Assembly (NCBI RefSeq): GCF_902713615.1
Contig: NC_052154.1
Location: 159,318,754 to 159,382,753 of the forward strand
Reading direction: 5' to 3'
DNA: 64,000 nucleotides
From: Scyliorhinus canicula
Taxonomy: Eukaryota
Shown: piece by piece, positions 58,915-64,000 of the stretch
How the letters are laid out: each line of letters starts with the position of its first letter
Numbering within the stretch: position 1 is the stretch's first letter
Notes under the pieces: generated by a model
Databases searched by the model: none
Told to the model about the DNA's origin: nothing
Seen by the model: only the letters and a program-made list of their open reading frames with translations
Position numbers and translations under genes: made by a program

Positions 58915-61900
58915 TTGTTTTTTTTATAAATGTTTTTTATTGGATTTTTGCACAGAGTATATTTTCCCGTTATGTATACAGGATATGATATATCTATATA
59001 TATGTAAGTAGGCATCCGTTTGTGCCGGCGAGGCACTTCCAGAGGGCAATCCTCGAGTGGATCGGATGTTGGTGTTGCCCCTCGCTTCTCCCGGTCGGAT
59101 TTCGCCGCCGTTGTCTTCTCGTGCGTGCTGCCGCTTCATCTGGCCCTCCCGTCCTCCGCCTGTGTTCTCCTTTTCCTCTGTTCCTGTGGATGTCAGGTTG
59201 GTTAACGTTTCTCTGCCTCCCCCCATTTCCCTGGCTCTCCTCTATTGTTCCCTGTCTCTTCCCTCCTCCCCCCACCCCTTGCGGTTCGCCTTTCCTCCCC
59301 CCCGCCCAGTTTGCCTTTCCTTCCTCTTAGACTTGAGTTGGTCCCCCCCCTCCACCTCTCCCGTTCTATCTCACCCTCTCATGCTTTGGCTGCTTTACCC
59401 TGGTTCCTGACTACCTGGCTATTCTTCTGCTTGTTTGTTGGCCACAAACAAGTCCCGGAACAATCGGGTGAATGGCTCCCACGTTCTGTGGAAGCCGTCG
59501 TCCGTCTGACCCTCGGATGGAGAATTTAATTTTCTCCATTTGGTGAGATTCCGAGGTTGGGCAGCCAGTCTGCAGCTTTAGGTGGTGCTGCTGACCGCCA
59601 GCCGAACAGGATTCTACGTCGGGCGATCAGGGAGGCAAAGGCAAGGGCCTCCTCCCCACGAATAGATCTGGCTGGCCTGAGACCCCGAAGACCGCCACTT
59701 TCGGGCATGGCTCCACCCTCACCCCCTCCACTTTGGACATTGCCTCAAAGAAGGCAGTCCAGTATTCCACAAGTCTGGGGCAGGACCAGAACTTGTGGGC
59801 ATGGTTGGCCAGGCCTCCTGGTGAGGTTCCATTTGTGGATCCCTTTCCAGTCGTGGGTATTTTGGATCCCCAGGTAGCGGAATTTGAGTCGGGCTTGTTT
59901 AAACGGCAGTCCCGTTAGTGCTGCTCCATCTACTTGTGGGTGTACCGGAAAGATCTCGTTTTTGCTCATATTGAGTTTGTAGCCCGAGAAGGCGCCAAAC
60001 TCTTTCAGGAGCGCGATGATTCCGTCCATGCTGCTCTGTGGGTCAGAGATGTAGAGGAGCAGGTCATCTGCATAGAGTGAGACTCTGTGCTCTCTGCCGC
60101 CCCTTCGGATCCCCCTCCAGCTTTTTGCAGCTCTGAGCGCAATTGCTAGTGGCTCGATCGCTAGGGCGAACAGCAGCGGGGACAGTGGGCATCCTTGTCT
60201 GGTTCCATTGTGCAGCTGGAAGTATCGGGAGTTGGTGTTGTTGGTCCACACGCTCGTCATGGGAGCGTTGTATACGAGTTTTACTCAGGAGGTGAACCCT
60301 GTTCCCAGCCCGAACCGCTCCAGTACCTCTATGAGGTATTTCCATTCGACTCTGTCTGCGTCCTTTTCTGCGTCTCGGAGACGATCACCTCTGGTGTTCT
60401 CTCACCGGAGGGGGTCATTATCACGTTCTGCAGGCACCTGATGTTGGAGGTAAGCTGTCTACCTTTGACAAAGCCCATCTGGTCTTCTGCGATCACCTCT
60501 GGCACGCAGTCTTCTTGCCTTTCGGTTAAAATCTTGGCCAGTATTTTGGCATCTGCGTTCAGCAGTGAGATGGGTCTGTATGACCCACATTCCGTTGGGT
60601 CTTTATCTTTCTCAGGTATCAGCGAGATTGAGGCCTGTGCTAGCGTGGGTGGCAGTGTGCCGTTGGCCAGTGAGTCTGTGAACATCTCCCGCAGGTGGGG
60701 GCCAGCGCTGTCGCAAATTGTTTGTAGAAGCGCTGGGAATCCGTCTGGTCCCGGTGCCTTCGCCGCCCGCACGGAGCTAATGCTGTCCATGATCTCCCCC
60801 ACTGCTAGTGGTGCTTCCTGACCCCGTTTTCTGCCCTCCCCCACGACTGGTATGTCCAGTCCATCAAGGAACCATTTCATTCCAGCCTCCCCCTTTGGGG
60901 GCTCCGAGGTGTACAGCCCTTGATAAACGGTCCTGAATGCCTTGTTGATCTTTTCTGGCTCTGTTTGTAATGCCCCTCTAGTATCCCTGACTTGTGCAAT
61001 TTCTCTGGTGGCTGCCTGCTTGCCTGCCTGTTGGTGTGCCAGCAGGCAGCTGGCTTTGTCTCCGTGTTTGTATAGGGTCCCAAGTGCCTGGCGGAGTTGG
61101 TGCACTGCTTTCCTGGTGGAGAGCAGGTCAAAGTTCCTTTGTAATTCTTTCCTCTCCGCCAGGAGCTCTACGGTCGGGGCCTCGGAGTATTTACGGTCTA
61201 CCTCCAGTCTGAAGTCGACCAACTGCTGCCTAGCCACCCTTCCCTCCCTATCTCTTCGCGCTTTGAAAGCGATGATTTCCCTTCTTAGTATGGTCTTTAA
61301 CACTTCCAGAATGTGGAGGGTGAGACCTCCCCGTTCTGATTGTTCTCCCTGTATTCTGCTACGGCCCACGATATCTTTTCGTTGAAGGCCTTGTCAGCTA
61401 GTAGGGCAATGTCCAACCTCCATGTGGGGCGTTGGCCCCTGCCCGTTTCCAGCCTCATGTCCATGTAGTGTGGAGCGTGGTCTGATATCACAATTGCGGA
61501 GTATTCCACTTTGTCCATCCCCGGAAGCACCGTCTTCCCCACCACAAAGAAGTCAATTCTGGTGTGTACGTTGTGTACTGGGGAGAAGGAGAACTCCTTC
61601 TCACCTGGGTGGGTGAACCTCCAGGGGTCCACCGCTCCCATCTGTTCCATAAAGTGACCGAGTTCCCCTGCCATTTTTGCGATTTTCCCCGTCTTAGGGT
61701 TCGATCTGTTAGTCATTGGGTCCTGTGCACAGTTGAAGTCCCCCGCCCCCCCCCCCCCCTCCCCGGCCATGATTAGCCGGTGCGTCGCTATGTCTGGGAT
61801 TTCTGCCATGGTCTTCTTGATGAAGGTCGGGTCGTCCCAGTTGGGCGCGTACAAGTTAACTAGTTCTTACCGGTGCTCCATCCAGGATCCCGCTTACCAT

Positions 61901-64000
61901 GAAGTACCATCCCCCTGGGTCCGTAACCATCTTTGTCACCCTAAACATCGTCCATTTGCTGGTCAGTTGCCACCCCCCTGGCCCTCGGCCCGTAGCAGGA
62001 ATGGTAGGTCTGTCCCACCCAGCCCTTTCTTACCCGCAGTCGGTCCTGCTCTCTCAGGTGCGTCTCTTGAAGGAAGATTATGTCTGCCTTCATGTTTCTT
62101 AGGTGGTTGAGGTCACTGGGTCGTTGAGTCCCCTTACATTCCAGGTGATTATCCTGGTGGGGGGCTTCTGTCTCCTCGCTCCTGTGGGATTAACTATATT
62201 CACCTGGTGGACGCGCCCCTGCCCTCCGGGGTTCCCCCTTGTTCGGGGGCTGTCCAGGATGGTCGCTGTCACTGCTCTGTCCATGCGGTTGGGCCCCTGC
62301 GCTCCGGAGCTTCCCTCCGTCCAGGAGGCCCCCAACATGGTCGCCCGCTGTGCAGCCGCCACGCGGGTAGCCCCCTTCACTTTGGGGTTTCCCTTTGCCC
62401 AGAGGCTGTACTGGGTGGATGCTGGCAGCGATTCCTTGTTCCGAGCCCTTGGTTGCAGCACTCTGTAGCCCTATTGCTGTTCCTTTTCTAGCCTTTTTTG
62501 TCCCTCCGTCCCTGTGTTCCGCCACCCCCCCCAATCCCTCCCTTTCCTCCCCTTTCTCCCCCTCTCCCGTATATCCCTCCTTTGTCCCTCTTTCCCCTGC
62601 TCCTGTCCCCGTTTGCCCTCCCACCTCTGTTGAGTGGTTCCTCCCTCCTCTGCCTGGTGCCGTCTCCTCTGTTGGGGGCACGCTGCGGCCCTGCTTTTTT
62701 GCATGTCCCCGGTGCTAGCTTTCTTGCTAGTGCGGCGACCCCCCTCTGGGGAGTTACTGTCTCGCTTCTCCCCTGCCCAGCCTCTGTGTTTTTTCGCCCA
62801 CTCTTCCCCTGCCCTACCCTGTTTGCTCACCCTTTTCCGCTACTCTCATACCCTTCTGCTGGAGCCTGATTTCCCACCTATGTCGGTTCGTTGGGTAGCG
62901 GTTTGCTTTTTGTTCAGGGTGCGCTTTCCATGTTGGGGATGGCGTTGGGGGCGGGGGGGGGGGGGGGGGGGCTGCGTTACCTGGGGCCCCGTGTTTCTAC
63001 CCTCGCTGTTCACCAGCCCATGTTCTTCGATAAATTTGTTTGCGCCGCCGGCGGCTGTGAAGAAATACTCTCTTTCTTGGTATGTGACCCAGAGTTTCAT
63101 TGGGTACAGCATACCAATTCGCACATTGTTCCTGTGAAGGGCTGCTTTTGCTCTATTGAATTCGGCCCGTCTCCTGGCGAGGTCTGCCCCAATGTCTTTG
63201 TACACTCTAATGAGGTGTCCTTCCATCTGCAGGTTCTGCTTTGCCTGGCCCAGCGCAGGATTGTTTCCCTGTCTTTGTACCGGTGCAGTTTGGCTATAAC
63301 TGCTCTCGAGTGTTCCCCTGCCCTGGGTTTCGGGCGCAGCGACCGGTGTGCTCTGTCCATTTCTGGTGGGTTGGGGAAAATTTCCCTCCCCAGTAAGTTG
63401 CCCAGCATCTCCGGTTGCTCATGTCAGTCGCAGCCCTCTCCAGCTCCTTAATGGTCACCTTTTGGGTTTCCAGTTTCTCCTCATGGGCTTCCAGTTTCTA
63501 CTCTGCTCTGCCCAGGGCAAGCTGCACCTCCGCCAGTGCCTTGGCCATTGCTACAGGCACTGCGGCCTCTATGTCTGCTTTGGCCCCTGCCTTGCTTTCC
63601 TGCTGGTATTCCCTCAGTGCCTCGGCAAAGGCTGCCTTCTAGTACCCCTCTGGCCTAAGGGGTAGAAGCTCCTGTCTGCCCAGTTCTTTTAGTTGCGGTG
63701 AAGCTTCCATTCCGCCGCTTTGTGTGCCAATTAGCTCGTCTGAGTGGGCTTGTGTATTGCTCCGTTTGCTCTTGGTACCCTTTCTCCCTCTGCTTTGGCT
63801 CCCTTCTGGCATTTCCCACCCCCCTTTTTTTTCCCCTTTTCCCCCTCCTTTTTTTCCCTCTTCCACCCCCACCCCCTTTCCCCTCTTTTTCTCTCCTCCC
63901 TCCCTTCTGAAGACTCTTTTCAGGTAAGTTTGGTTTTCTTTTTTGAGAAGTGTGGAAGGGGAGAGGGAGTGTTCTGTCCCTTCAACAGTTTTATTTTTCT
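58915..64000 (-). mobile_element. Near-full-length L1-clade LINE (ORF1, EN, RT, 3' UTR), frameshifted with an internal deletion, running to the window edge
   Basis: ORF1 ([27 protein letters not shown]), EN ([11 protein letters not shown]), RT ([32 protein letters not shown]) and an A-rich tail at about 58915. Confidence 0.95.

Overview
Vertebrate genomic DNA, almost certainly a cartilaginous fish (shark; the SINE/CR1 repertoire suggests a catshark, which is inference). Most of the window is transposon-derived: CR1, L1/Tx1 and Rex1 LINEs, tRNA-derived SINEs, PIF/Harbinger-like MITEs, a compact degenerate Gypsy element, solo LTRs and a Penelope-like fragment. One host gene lies on the minus strand from 38173 to at least 3075. 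It is an immunoglobulin-superfamily gene of the B7/NCR3LG1 (B7-H6)-like type. I reconstructed seven coding exons, all joined by GT-AG phase-1 introns, giving 663 codons with no stop: signal peptide, IgV, IgC1, a single transmembrane helix (117-nt exon not shown in the ORF track), then three further C1-like Ig domains. Those three domains would be cytoplasmic, which is a very unusual topology. The 3' end of the gene was not located. Other notable items are a divergent pair of minimal hammerhead-ribozyme motifs in a Penelope-like fragment at the centre of a four-level nested insertion, a near-perfect 331-bp intronic hairpin, a candidate stop-containing cassette exon, and a 5'-truncated processed pseudogene of IQUB. 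Exon, TSD and hairpin coordinates were counted by hand. Repeat boundaries are approximate (about +/-30 nt) unless a TSD is quoted. No database searches were run.
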